DNA of 64,000 bases from Octopus vulgaris (taxonomy: Eukaryota). The stretch spans positions 45,880,001 through 45,944,000 of the forward strand of contig OX597816.1 of assembly GCA_951406725.2 (NCBI GenBank), given 5' to 3'. The first letter of the stretch is position 1, and every line of letters begins with the position of its first letter. Below, piece after piece: positions 50,636-64,000 of the stretch. The notes beneath the pieces were generated by a model, which saw only the letters and a list, made by a program, of their open reading frames with translations, was not told where the DNA came from and did no database searches. Made by a program: the position numbers and the translations under genes.

Positions 50636-51054
50636 GAAACAGAGGGAGGGAGGGCTCTCACAGTGATGACGAAGAGATGGAATAAGAGAAGGCGCAAAGA
50701 GACACTATTTCTTGTTCATTAACGAGAGGTGGTGGGAGATACGAATTAAAACAACTGGGTTTGACTGTAGATTGAAGAATTTAATAACAACAACAGCATC
50801 AATAACAACAGGAACTAAAGTTAAAAGGCAGGGATGGAGCTGAAACAACAACAAACAAGATTGTTGAAAAATGACACTTAGGACTGATTTTTTTAACATA
50901 CACATTCATATAATATTTGTATGTGTATATAAACATTGCATTGTGTATATATAGATATACAATTTATACATAAATATTATATAATACATACATACATGTC
51001 TGCCTGAGTGTGTGCATGTAGGATATGCCACATAAATATATCTATATCTATCTA

Positions 51055-51106
<52 letters not shown>

Positions 51107-51468
51107 ATACGTTTATATACTATGTAATATTGGTTACATATACATTAGGATAGAGATATCTGAAATGTACAAAAGGAAGAGAGAGGTGCTAAGCTGTGAT
51201 GTTGATGGCATTCCCAAAAGAACTAGCAGACAATATAACTGAAGTGAAGTGACATAAAATAACCTGGGAAGTTAAAACCGAAGCCTTGAACTTGGTTTTC
51301 CAAGGAGCTTCCCTCCACTCACTGACACTCAATGTGCATCATCATCATCAATAATAATAATGATAATAATAATAATTTTGTTAAGGTAGAATGTAGTAGT
51401 GATAAAAACATTTAGTATACTTTATAGTATATTTTGATTGCATAACAAAGTATCACATACCTACAAAT

Positions 51469-51499
<31 letters not shown>

Positions 51500-51509
51500 G
51501 ATAATAAAA

Positions 51510-52200
51510 ATCCTATCTACTATAGGCACTGAAATTTGGGAGGGGGGGATAGTCAATTACATCGAACCCAGTACTCAACTGGTACTTATTTTATCAACCC
51601 CGAAAGGATAAATGGTAAAGTCAACCTCGGCATAATTTGAACTCAGAATGTAAGGATGGACAAAATTCTACTAAGCATTTTGCCCCAACATGCTAATGAT
51701 TCTGCCAGCTTTCCACTCTACATAATAACAACAACAATAATAGTAATTATTATTATAATCATTATTAATTATTACTACAAGTCTTTTTTTTTTTTTGTAA
51801 GAACAAGGCTTGAAATTGGATTCGGGTGGACTGATCACTTACATCAAACCCAGTGCTTAAGTGGTCCTTTATTTTATCAATCCCAAAAAGGATGCAAGGC
51901 AGCGTTGACCTCAGTAGTATTTGAAGTAAGAATGTAAAAAGCTGGAGCAAATACCACAAAGTAGTTAGTTTGTGATGCTCTAACAATTTTAAGTAATAAT
52001 ACTGGTAATTCCTTATAATTTTGGTGCAAGGCCAGCAATTTTGAGGGGAAGGGGAACCAATTATAGTGAGCCCTTGTATTCGACTGGGCGGTCAGTGGTA
52101 CTTTATTCTATCAATTCCAAAAGGATGAAAGGTAATATTGCCCTTGGCATGATTTGAGCTCAATACATGAGGTGTCATATGAAATGCTGTTAACCCAATG
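51510..52200 (-). mobile_element. Three tandem family B SINEs
   Basis: Follow (TAA)n at 51472-51505, with progressive decay. Confidence 0.78.
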
Positions 52201-53260
52201 CCAATAATGCTTCTAAGTGATTTAATAACATGGTACTTTGAAATGTGGGAATATGTAACTGATAATATCACACCAGCACTTGAAACTTATTTTATCGATC
52301 ACTGAAGGATACAGTTGACTCCAGTGAGATTCGAACATAGAAAGTAAAAGGGCTACAAGAAAATATCTTTTATTTGCCAACAGGGGTTCACAAAAGGGAA
52401 ACATTACAAAGACAGTTTTACATACAAAAGAGGAATAAAAAGAAGAAAAAAAATGGCACTACCACCACCATCATCATCATCATCTCAACCAAGAAATAGT
52501 GCCTCATCATACTCTGAAGGTAAAATTCCCCACACAAACCAAAGTTCTCATCAGACCATTTCATTAGAATTAATAAACCAACAACAACCAAGTTATATTG
52601 TCTTATATGCACCAGTGACTGTTTTATGTTTTTGTTTGTTTTTTTTTAAGTACATATTAGGAACTGATACAACTCTTGCAACCATCATCAGCACCATCCA
52701 TGGAGATTTTTCTCCTTTACCCCCCCCCCCACCCACCAGCTTTTCTTGTAAATGTCTTGGCCAGGCACACAGAGTATTATCAACTACCTACCCACCCATG
52801 CCATGCAACAAACAAAGACCTTTGCCTTCCACACTTACTACCCACCCCACCGACATGAACCCTCAATACCACCACCACCACCACCACTTCTTACACCCAC
52901 CCTCTATCAGGGTCTGCTAATCCCAACTCACACAAAAACAAACCAACCATCCAACAGACAGCCGCCACCATCATCACTATAACGACAACAATAACTATTT
53001 ATGGTGGGTTTAGCATAAATGCAATAACCCTTGCCTTTACTGTCATGCTCCTTTTTTTTTTTTGTGGGTAAGGGTCTCGGAGAAAACTTACACATATACA
53101 AGCTGAATGATGATATATATATATATATATATACACGCACACATGCACCTATACATCGACATACACGCAGAATAGATATAGAGAGGAAGGATGGTAGAGG
53201 AAGGTGATAGAGAAAATGTGTAACATTTTTCTGTAGGAAAACACCAGCAGCAGGCAGGCA

Positions 53261-53310
53261 CCAATCGGTTGCTATGGTAACAGATACACAAGTCAGCATC
53301 TCCTAGCAAT
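53261..53310. promoter_or_regulatory. CCAAT box plus RFX X-box (GTTGCTATGGTAAC) plus half-site CCTAGCAAT
   Basis: ccaat at 53261-53265 and X-box at 53268-53281, in unique sequence. Confidence 0.45.
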
Positions 53311-53789
53311 GTAACTCTCTCAATGACAAGCTTGTTTTATTTTCCACAAGATTTATTCTTTTCAGTCTCCTGTTCACTAAACGGCTCTTTCACTCCTTTC
53401 TCTAAATAGCCTCCCCCACCCCCCTGCATCATGTCGCTTTCTACCTCTCTATTTACACTCCCTAATTCACCTATCACCACCAGCAATACCAACAGTAATA
53501 ACATTAAAAAAGAAAAAACACCACCTCCCCACTGGTACCCTCGACTTGCTAGAAATATCAGCCAAATCTTCAACAGCCTTAAAGACAGAAACAATGCAGT
53601 GTGTTTGTGTGTGTGAACATACATGTGAGAGTGTGCATGTGTTAACTCAATATTTAAGCACTAATATTTATAACTTTATCTGTTTCAAGGTTCACCGTTC
53701 CAAAAAGGAATTTTATATATCTGTGTGTGTGTGCGTATATATATATATCATCATCGTTTAACGTCCGTTCTCCATGCTAGCATGGGTTG

Positions 53790-53837
<48 letters not shown>

Positions 53838-53896
53838 TCATCATCGTTTAACGTTGATGATGATATATATATATTTATTTTATCGCAATTTGACTT

Positions 53897-53946
<50 letters not shown>

Positions 53947-54028
53947 TCTTTCCTGAGTGTCCAATAATATTTTATTTGTTCCATGTCCTTGCGTTGTTGT
54001 TTTTTTGTTTTTGTTTTCTTGTTTGGAT

Positions 54029-54070
<42 letters not shown>

Positions 54071-54364
54071 AATACATACATATACACTTATGAATTTGTG
54101 TTGTAAGATTCCTGAAGTGAAACGGTGTGTTGAAACATACTGTATCTCGAGATGGTCTTTTTGGGGTTTTTTTTAGTTTTTTTGCCAAATAAACACACGG
54201 ATTATATATTTGTTCTTCACTGTTCTTATTCTAACTCATGTCCATTGTCTGAAAATCTTTCGTCACACATCTTTATTTAATCGACCCCCAAAAGGATGAA
54301 AGGCAAAGTAGACTTTGGCAGAATTCGAACTCAGAATGTAATGACGGGTGAAATACTGCTAAGC

Positions 54365-57300
54365 CAGTGTTTCCCCAAAACTTTTCACGCCAAATAATAA
54401 TATCGCCCACCTATCAGCCAAAAAATGCTCCATCGCCCACCTGCATAAAAAAAAAACTGATACAATGTTCCCCCACCAACACAAAATCCCCCCTCCTGTA
54501 TCATTTGACACACACACTATATCGTAGACTCATTGCCCTGTTAGTGCTGTTTATACTAAATATGCGGTTGTTTACAAATCCCTTATTGTTGGTTTAGTTT
54601 TGCCATTAGTGTCAATAAAATTCTGACGTTAACTCTATATTTTTCAGACTAACTTCTGGAAACCTGTGCTTTCTTTTACACTGGTTTTCATTTTCCCCAA
54701 ATAAACCATTGAACAGAACTACCAATGCAAAAATAATTAATGACTGTATTATAAAGGAAAAGAGTAAAACTTTTTAATGAGAACCATGTGTCCGGTGCAA
54801 TGCAACTAGTGCATGTACATTTGGTTTCAAACTTGTCAACATTAGCTGCAAGTCTCTTCGTCGTGTCACATCCAGTCCAATTCTTTTATGGGAAAGTAAA
54901 AGTCCCAATATGATTAAAACCAGATTCAACCAGGTATGAGGTAGGGAAGGCAAACAAAAATAATTTCAGATGTTTCTACAGACTGAGGTAAGAATTCAAT
55001 ACACTCTGCTGGTATCGCATTGTGGCATCATTGTCATTTTGTAATTCTATCAATTCCTTACAATCAACTGCATCAACCTCAAACGGATCGCTATACCAAT
55101 TTGGAATATTCGGTGCAATAACATCTTCAAATCGCTCCACCATGTCATTGTGCAATGATTGTAAATAACTGCAATATGTAGTTAAATCCTCATCAACTAA
55201 TTCATCTTTCAAAGAATCAAGTTGTGGAAATTGATGGAATTGACATTTTGAAAAGTTAGTCTTATACAACAACAATTTCGAAGCGAAGTTAATGATAAAT
55301 GATTTACAGTCAGCGAGAGTTTTTCTGTTTCCTTGCAATAACTTATTCAAATCATTTAATTTTGTGAATATATCACAAAGAAAAATGATATCGCCATCAA
55401 CAAAGCAGATAGTGGAGTATCTTTAAAGAAAGATATGATTATATGAAACAGTTTAACAAAGCGTAAAACACAGTTTCCTTTTGACAGCCACCAGACTTCA
55501 GTATGGTATAAGAGTTTAGTATGATCCTCATTATTTCTCAGACAGAGTTGACACAAAATTTTATCAGACAAGGGACTGGACTTCAATTTGCTCACAGTCT
55601 TGATAACTAACTGTAGCACATCATTCAACCTACCATTCATATTTTTTGCCACTAAATGCTGCCGGTGTAACAAGCAATGAACACTTAGTATCTGGTGGGA
55701 AATTTCGCGCTTTAGGACAGATAAAAGAACCTCTGTATCTTCCTATCAATGAAAGGATTCCATCAGAAACACAGGCAAGAATATTACTGAGTGGGACATT
55801 ATGTTCAAAAAGGAAAGACTTGAGAGTGTGAAAAATAGTTGCACCTCTTTAATCAAGCAGCAATTTCTCTCTGAACAGCATTTCCCCACAAGGTTGAAGG
55901 TCTTCACTGAAATGCGGAACATATACCATCATCAAACATTGATTGTTCATAACAGTTGATTCATCCACTTTTACTCTTTTACTTGTTTCAGTCATTTGAC
56001 TGCAGCCATGCTGGAGCACCACCTTTAGTCGAACAAATTGACTCCAGGACTTATTCTTTGTAAGCCTATTACTTATTCTATCGGTCTCTTTTGCCAAACC
56101 GCTAAGTTACGGGGGACATAAGCACACCACCATCGGTTGTCAAGCAATGTTAAGGGGGGGGGGCACAAACACAGACACACAAACACACATATTTGTATAG
56201 AAAATTCAGAACACTAGAGAATATTAATGAGCTGATGTTTGACGTCATTGGTAGTTTCATCGATGCGTCAAGAAATCAAATTATTACTAAATGGGATCTT
56301 CTTCATAATGTTATCGGGTTTTTCATGCATAACAGCAGACAAAACCTCTTCGATAACTGGGCAAAGTAATGTTTCTTCAATTGTGTGAAACTTCCCAGAC
56401 TTAGCAACAATTAATGCAATGTTGTACGATGCAATCAACCCATCATTCTCCTGTTTACTAGTTTTACAGAGTAGCATGTTGAATGTTTGTGTTTGCTTTT
56501 TGAAAGAGGCGCTCGGTTGTAAAAGGCTTGTGCTTCTTGTCAGAATGCTTTGCATCAAAGTGATACTTCAAGCGTGGAGGTTTCATTGCTTCGTTGGTCA
56601 ATGTCTGATGGCAAAGAAGGCACACTGGTAACTGACAGTTCTGAGGAGAGGGAATAAATCCAAACGATAAATAATCACTACTGTACTGTCAACAAATTTT
56701 CTTGACTGGAGGCATCAGTAAAGTGAAAATTAATTTCTACAGATGGCATCAGAAAGGCAGTATGGTATTCCCAAAGAGAAGATGTCAACAGAGCAGAGTC
56801 AGATGATACGTCTATACTGGAGCAAATCCAGATCTAGTTTGTTTGGCTGCTAGCATTTCAAAAATTTAAGTTTATCAAAAATTTTAAATTTGGCACATTA
56901 ATGTACCTTTCCAAGCTAAATTGCTGGAGTTATTCAACTTTTTCCAGAAAGATGTTTTTAAAAAGTTATAGAGGTTTAGAGTTTGATGATTTTCACCCAG
57001 TCAAGAAACACGATTTCAAAGCTGTCATTTTGTGCATGACTGCACATTTTGTCAACATCTTGAAAAACCACAGAATTACGCACAACATATAACCCCCTCA
57101 TAACTTTTATTTTTCGGTGTTTTCAGGAAAATTTTGCACATTTGAATTCTACACACAGGACTTCATATGATTAAGCAAAAAAAAAAAAAATTTGTAGTCG
57201 AGTGTGATTTAAGGCCTAGGCCTATTTGGCTGCATCTCAATAACTGCAACAAAAATATTCAATCAATAAACAAGTTCATGTTTTTAGTACAAAGGGACAT

Positions 57301-57487
57301 CTCATGCGAGTGCATCCTTATTCTAGGCATACCTAGATATAAGTAAATGCAGATTTAATTTTTAAAAATTCATTGTCACCCACAAAATGTTCATATCACC
57401 CACCAAAATCTCAAATCGCCCACCATTTTCTAGAAATTCACCCATCGCCCACCTGTACGTTGAAGTCGCCCACATTGGGAAGTGGTG
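54365..57487 (-). mobile_element. Decayed hAT Buster/Charlie (ZBED5/SCAND3-like) transposon inserted in a family B SINE
   Basis: Fragments ASYNIALIVAKSGKFHTIEETL, EFSIQ/VDEST, HRQHLVAK, LLYHTEVWWLSKG and FPTSYLVESGF. TIR cagtgtttcccc, TSD tgctaagc/cactaaga, subterminal atcgcccacc repeats. Confidence 0.9.
55968..56190 (-). mobile_element. Family A SINE 3' half inside the hAT transposase
   Basis: Splits EFSIQ from VDEST. Confidence 0.88.
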
Positions 57488-57557
57488 CACTAAGAATTTC
57501 ATCCAGCATGCTAACAATTTCTGCCAGTTTGCCCCCTTGATAACAAAAACAATAATA

Positions 57558-57772
57558 ATCCTTTCCTACTAAAGGCACAAGGCCTGAAATTTTGGGGGAC
57601 AGAACTAGTCAATTACATCAACCCCAGAGTTGCAATGGTACTTAATTTATCGACCCCGAAAGGGATGAAAGGCAAAGTCGACCTCGGCAGAATTTGAATT
57701 CAAAACACTTTACAGGCTAAATACCACTAAGCATTTTGCCTAGCATGCAAACAATTCAGCCAGCTCACCACC

Positions 57773-57824
<52 letters not shown>

Positions 57825-58050
57825 TGATGATAATGATAATAATAATGATAATAATGATAATAATAATGATAATAATAATAATAATAATAATGATGATGAT
57901 GATGATAACAATAATAACTGGCATGAAGTCAGCAGTTTTGAGGGGAGGGTATAGTCAGTACACCAGTTCTTTGTTTTCTTTATTTTACTAACCCTGGAAG
58001 GCTGGAAAGCAAAATTGACCCAAGCCGAGATCTGAACTCAGAACATAAAA
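57558..58050 (-). mobile_element. Family B SINEs around a (TAA/GAT)n tract (57773-57917)
   Basis: Full copy at 57558-57775 and a decayed copy at 57920-58050. Confidence 0.8.
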
Positions 58051-60514
58051 AAATGCCAAAAAATATATAACACAAAATTCACCCCACTCTAATGATTATT
58101 ATTTTCTTCATTGATGATGATGATAATGATGGTGGTGGTGGTGGTAGCAATGCTGATTTTTTTTTTTTTAAATCTCTACCACAAGCAGACATGGGGTGAT
58201 GGTACAAGACTAACACACAAACTTTGTTGTGGGGGGGGGGGAGTTCCAGACTGTGTAGAAGAAATGAAATATACATTTATAGAAATAGATGATTTTCCAT
58301 TCTCACTGCACACCCACACACACTCACAAACACAGAGCTATTACCTAAGGTTTATATATAATATTGCATGCAAGCATGTAATAATAAAAAGGAAAAAAGT
58401 CTGGGAAGCAAACTAAAAGACAATAGCACTGATGATGGTGATTATGATGATGATGACGACGATGGTGGTCGTGATGAAGATAATCATTACCAATTTCTAA
58501 TTTAATAGTAATAATTATAATTTCCCCATGATACAGATTAAAAATGATTTTATACAGGAAACAGTAAAAACAAAAAAAAAATCATGCTGTTAGAATTTCT
58601 AAAATCTGTATGAATGTTTGTTATATTGAAATACACACTTGTGAAACAAACAAACATTAAATTTATTTAGTCATTAAAAAAAAGAGAAAAAAATGAAATA
58701 AAAAAGATGGGAGAGAGAGAGAGTAGAGAGAGAGAAGGGGAAAGGAGAAAGAGGTTTGTTGCATTAAACATTTTTTTCTGCCAAAATATAATAATAGTTT
58801 GATGGGTTATTTGTTATTTTTTTGAAAAAAATCGTTTTTCTGTGGTTTCAGTATTTTAACTCTTTCCACTATGAATGTATTTCTATGCATATATCACACA
58901 GAACCACACACACTCGCAAACCCATATATACACAATCCACAAAAATCAGACACAGACACATACACACAATATACAAACCTTCACACACATGCACAAGCTT
59001 GATCGGTGAACCTTTCAAAATTACTTAAACCTTATTTATGCTCTTCTTATTTCACAAAATCCCGTTGAACAAAAGGGAATCAGAGTGGGGAGAAAACTTT
59101 TGATATTATATCCAAAAATCACCATTAATTAACCAAAATTTTAGAAACTGGAGTCAAGAATACTAGAAGAATATATTCGATACTTCCAAAATCATATTCC
59201 CATACTACTTTTTAAGACAAAAGCCAGAAAAAAAAAAGGGAAAAAGGAGGGGGAAATATTTTTAAGAATATATATTTGTGAAACATTTTAGGTAAATATA
59301 AACACAAACATGTAACACACACACACACACACAACTAAATGAGAATTCCAAAAATATTGATTTCTTCACGTATGGTGGAGGGAGAGAGAAACCTGATCAG
59401 AGAGACAAGGTGTCTGACAGACCAGTTTGGTTGAAATGAAATGTAGCAAGATGGCATTAAACCAAGAAAATAAATATATCTTAAAACAAGATACGATGAT
59501 GATGATGATGTCTTCACCAGAAATTTTTCATCACTTTAGACTTGGAAACATTCTACAAAGACAGGTATCAATTATTCTATTAGAAATCTTGTCTAGTGAC
59601 CTATTCAAGAAAACCATTATCTACCATTCCTTTGGCTTACTTTTTCGTTGGCAACAATGTTTTTTTTTTATTATTATTTTGACTTTGGGGAGGGAGGGGG
59701 CTTTTTTTTTTTTTTTTTTTTTGCTATTCAGGTGCAGGAATGGCTATGTAATAAGAAGCTTGTTTCCCAATTACACAGTTTGGGGTTCAAACTCACTGCA
59801 TGGTACCTTGGGCCAGGTGTCTTCTGCTATAGTACCAGGCTGACCAAAGGTTTGTGCAATGGATTTGGCATACAAAAAAATATTGAAACAAGCCTATCGT
59901 GTGTGTGTAGATATAAGTTAGGTTAATTTTTTGGCTCAAAAAGCAAGGCCATATTGACACACACAACATACAAAGGAATTTTCTTTTTTTCTCATTTCAT
60001 TACTTAACCCTTTAATATTCAGATTACTGTTTCATACATAAAGCTTATATATTCACATCATTTAAAATTAAGTATGCATTATTTCATAGCTTTGAGAGTT
60101 TACTAATGGGACTCTTTTACTTGTTTCAGTTATCTGACTGTTGCCATGCTGGAGCACTGCCTTTAGTCGAGCAAATCGACCCTAGGTTTTATTCTTTGCA
60201 AGCCTAGTACTTATTCTATTGGTCTCTACAATAAAGAGTAAAAATCCTTAAATAACATAAGCATTATCAAACTAAATTACTCATTTGAAAAATCTTTCAC
60301 ATTCTATACACATCACTTGTTAAGGTCCATCTATTATAGCATTAAATTTTCAATGAAGGTTATTATGCAAGCTACTATAAAATAAATAGTCACTGATCAA
60401 TCATTTTAATCTTCTTGAGAAAGATTATTCACTTTTATCTTACTATAGATTTAAATAATTTATTACCCACAATTTAATTTATGATAGTATTAATTCTACT
60501 TTGAGATTAATACC

Positions 60515-60743
60515 ATCATCATTTTAATGTTCACTTTTCTATACTCGCATGGTTAGGAGGGAATTTAATGAGGCACATTTTCTATGGCCAGACACCCTTG
60601 TTATTGCGAACCCTTACCTGTTCCCAGATAAGGTAATATTTTCCCCCCTTGCCAGACATGTTTCCACAAAATATTGGATATGAATAACACTGCTTGTATG
60701 AGAGCGACACATATTTGCAATTGTCACATGATGTCCAAGGATG

Positions 60744-60807
<64 letters not shown>

Positions 60808-61367
60808 AACAGTGGCATGGCTGTATGAAGCTTGCTTACCAATCACAATGTTCTAGGTTCGGTCCCACTGCATGGCACCTTGAGCAAGTGTGACTTCTAC
60901 TTTAGCCTAAGGCTGTCCAGAGCCTTGTGAATGGATTTGGTAGATGGAAACTGAAAGAAGCCTATCATGTGTGTGTATTTGTGCCTGTATTTGTCCCTTA
61001 CCACTGCTTAACAATCGGTGTTGGTATGTTTACATCCCTGTAACTTAGCAGTTCAGCAAAAGAGACTGATAGAATAAGCACCAGGCTTTAAAAAAAAAAA
61101 AGATAAGTACTGGGTCAATACATTTGACTATAAAAGTTCTTCAAGGTGGTGCCCCCAGAATGACTGCAGTCTAATGACTGAAATAAGTAAAAGATAACAG
61201 ATACACACACACAGACTTCTTTCAGCTTCTATCTACCAAATCCACTCACAAAGCTTTATTCCATCCAGAGCTATAGCAGATGCCCAAGATGCCACTCAGT
61301 GGAACTGAACCCAAAACCAGGTGATTGGGAAGCAAACTTACCAATCACACAGCTTTACCTGCACCTA
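60515..61367 (-). mobile_element. Family G SINE split by an opposite-strand family A SINE (60810-61197)
   Basis: G body at 60515-60750 and G head at 61213-61367. The A copy sits in the internal CA/TA microsatellite. Confidence 0.75.
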
Positions 61368-62106
61368 TAAAATACCTGTATGAAACAGAGTCATTAGTCA
61401 ATGAAAATTTTTATCTTTAATAATATTTAATATTACTCAAAAAGTTTTAATTAGTTCTTCCACTGAAAATTTAATAAGCAAGTTTATTATGGCTATCTTT
61501 TATAACAGTGTGTCACTTTCACTTTGCCAAACTGTAGCTGGAATCACTTTGGTAGGCATAGAAGTTTTATTTTTGTTTTGATTCTTTTTTTTTTTTACCT
61601 TTGGCGCTGTTTCTATGAACAGTTTGTTTGTCATTGGAGACTTTTTTTTTTTTGTGCAATTAAGATTTTGTTGTTTTGTTCATTTCTGAGTTTGTATGTA
61701 AATGTTTAGAATATTTTTTTTCCTTGTTTTTCTTTTGTTCCTTTGTGCTGTTTACAATGGCAGCAACAGCACGGGGAGGGGTGGGGTGGGGTGGGGGAAC
61801 AAAAAATTCCTAACTAATCCAATACAATAACACTCTTCTTTCATGAAAAAAAAAACCACAAAACTAATTTAATTAGAGGTATGCCTGTATGATTAAGAAG
61901 TTCACTTTGCAAACATGGTGGTTCCAGGTTCAGTCCCACCACACAGTATGCTTGTGTCCTTGGATTTGACTACTACCACCCCTTGACAACTGGTGTTGGT
62001 TATTTGATGCTTCATACTATCAGCTTAGCATAAGAGACCAACTGGATAAGTGTCACACTTTAAAAAAATAAGACTGGCTCTGATTGCTCAATTAAACATT
62101 TCAAAG

Positions 62107-62512
62107 CAGTGGCTGTGTGGTAAGTAGCTTGCTTACCAACCACATGGTTCTGGGTTCAGTCCCACTGCGTGGCATCTTGGGCAAGTGTCTTCTGCTATAG
62201 TCCCGGGCCGACCAAAGCCTTGAGAGGGGATTTGGTAGACGGAAACTGAAAGAAGCCTGTCGTATATATGTATATATGCATGTGTGTGTGTATATGTTTG
62301 TGTGTCTGTGTTTGTCCCTCTAGCATTGCTTGACAACCGATGCTGGTGTGTTTACGTCCCCGTCACTTAGCGGTTCAGCAAAAGAGACCGATAGAATAAG
62401 TACTGGGCTTACAAAGAATAAGTCCCGGGGTCGATTTGCTCGACTAAAGGTGGTGCTCCAGCATGGCCACAGTCAAATGACTGAAACAAGTAAAAGAGAG
62501 TAAAAGAGAAAA
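62107..62512 (+). mobile_element. Family A SINE, young
   Basis: CpG-retaining near-consensus copy, preceded by a decayed copy at 61878-62106. Confidence 0.9.
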
Positions 62513-63168
62513 GAGATGAACAACGACACAAACAAAATAATTCAACAACAACCAAAAAATAGAAAATCATTTTTAATTGCACTAAAAAAATATCAATGGT
62601 GACTAAGAAGCTGACCACCCAGCAGGGCATCGAACAAAATTCTTCCAGAAGCTGTCAATCAAATAATGCAAAAACAGCTACAGTTTCACGAAATGAAAAT
62701 GGTAAGCTATTACCAAAGATTGCCCTTATTATAGCTAAATCATGTTAGTAAACTCACTTTCCAAATATATTTCAACATCCACTAACCTTTAAAGCTACAT
62801 TCAGTGCTCACAGTGCCTCTGGTGCCTTGCCAATACCCAAGCTGAGAAACACAAGGCTAACCTAACCAGAATGGAAGTGAAAACAAATAGCAGCCAAATC
62901 CTTCTCTAAGTATAATCTATGATCTTATAAAGGACAGTGTAGTCAGCCATGGTTAGATTGTCTTTGATCATAGATCTACTTGGCAGGGCCAAATTGGGGT
63001 GAAACAACAATCAAGCTTCCATAAGTAATTAATTCCTGTAGATTCTACATTTCATAAGAAAAGAGAATTTATCATATGAACTAATTATTGCTGATGAACA
63101 TCATCACCATCTTTCTTAGATTCCAGATTTTAATATAAGTAATAATGGTTATAATTTTAAAATCTGAT

Positions 63169-63220
<52 letters not shown>

Positions 63221-64000
63221 TGCACAGAAATATTGAAATTTATAAAACTATTCAATTATGTGAAGTATCTGAAAGAACTTATTGCATTTGACATCAAGTG
63301 GCAGATTTTCACTTGAAGATGTTCATGAGAGGCAGACTGAACAGAAACAATCCCCAAATTAGTTGGTTGTATTTAGCTACAAAAAAAAAAAAGTCAAGAT
63401 CCATAATAAATCTGCAGACAAGCTAAATGTCAGATCAAAATTCTTCACTAAATGTTGCCACTTTAGTAAATACCTACTGAAATACTGGATGATAACACCC
63501 TATACAGCCTGATTGACATGATCAACACAATCACCTTATTTTTTCTCAAAAGCAATCACCTTGTTTCTCTCATAAAATTTTAACTTATGAAACACTTCCT
63601 CTATTGTCTATTACACTGACAATCCCTGCCGGTAACTTACAGCACCATGTAGCATTACACCCACAGACATTTCTGTGACTTTTAACTACCAAACTATTCA
63701 TACTTTGTAAGTCCTCATTATTTTTTACCAATATAAGGAAAATAACTCACTCAAAAATATTAACAGGTAAGGAATTGTACACACACACACACCTTGATCT
63801 GGGGGTAAGGTTAAAAAGAAAAATCTGAATTAGTAAGAAACAAAAAAGAATTCAGAGATAATCCTTTAGTTAAGAAAAAACGGATGAAGTACTGAAAAGG
63901 GATTGTGAGAGTAGAAGAAAAATGTTTGGGGTTTAATGACAAAAATGCTAAAAACAAAAGAATCGGGTGTGTTTGAAGAACCCTCTTTGGATGCTTAATA

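Noticed and set aside
54105-54270. Possible Penelope-like fragment with part of a hammerhead (gtgtgacgaaagatt on the minus strand)
   Set aside because: It is truncated before any CUGA core, so it cannot be supported from this window.
57727-57954. Poly-Ile and poly-Asn ORFs, and the many YI/HT/CV ORFs elsewhere
   Set aside because: They are translations of microsatellites.

Overview
AT-rich eukaryotic non-coding DNA, full of microsatellites and transposable elements. The repeat set most likely comes from an octopus (cephalopod) genome; this is inferred from the tRNA-derived SINE families, the RTE LINE with (GAT)n tails and the TTAA MITEs. No intact host protein-coding gene is visible. Strand asymmetry and a few donor-site and promoter-like motifs suggest the window lies in the 5' introns of a large minus-strand gene. 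Recognisable coding remnants are all from mobile elements: a 5'-truncated RTE-type LINE (RT plus PHD-like Cys cluster, one frameshift) at 24.1-26.1 kb, an older copy at 46.5-47.3 kb, a foldback mariner at 4.5-5.3 kb, a deleted piggyBac at 30.3-31.2 kb, a decayed hAT/Buster element at 54.4-57.5 kb, an R4/Dong-like 3' end at 40.05-40.27 kb, and Helitron-type elements. The most unusual observations are a scrambled inverted-duplication complex at 35.7-42.6 kb with two degenerate hammerhead-like motifs, modular tail-swapped SINEs, head-to-tail SINE arrays on (TAA)n, several clean nested insertions, and recurrent RFX X-box motifs. I found no clear evidence of a new biological system. All alignments were made by eye and repeat boundaries are approximate. 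SINE and MITE family letters (A-H) are my own labels.
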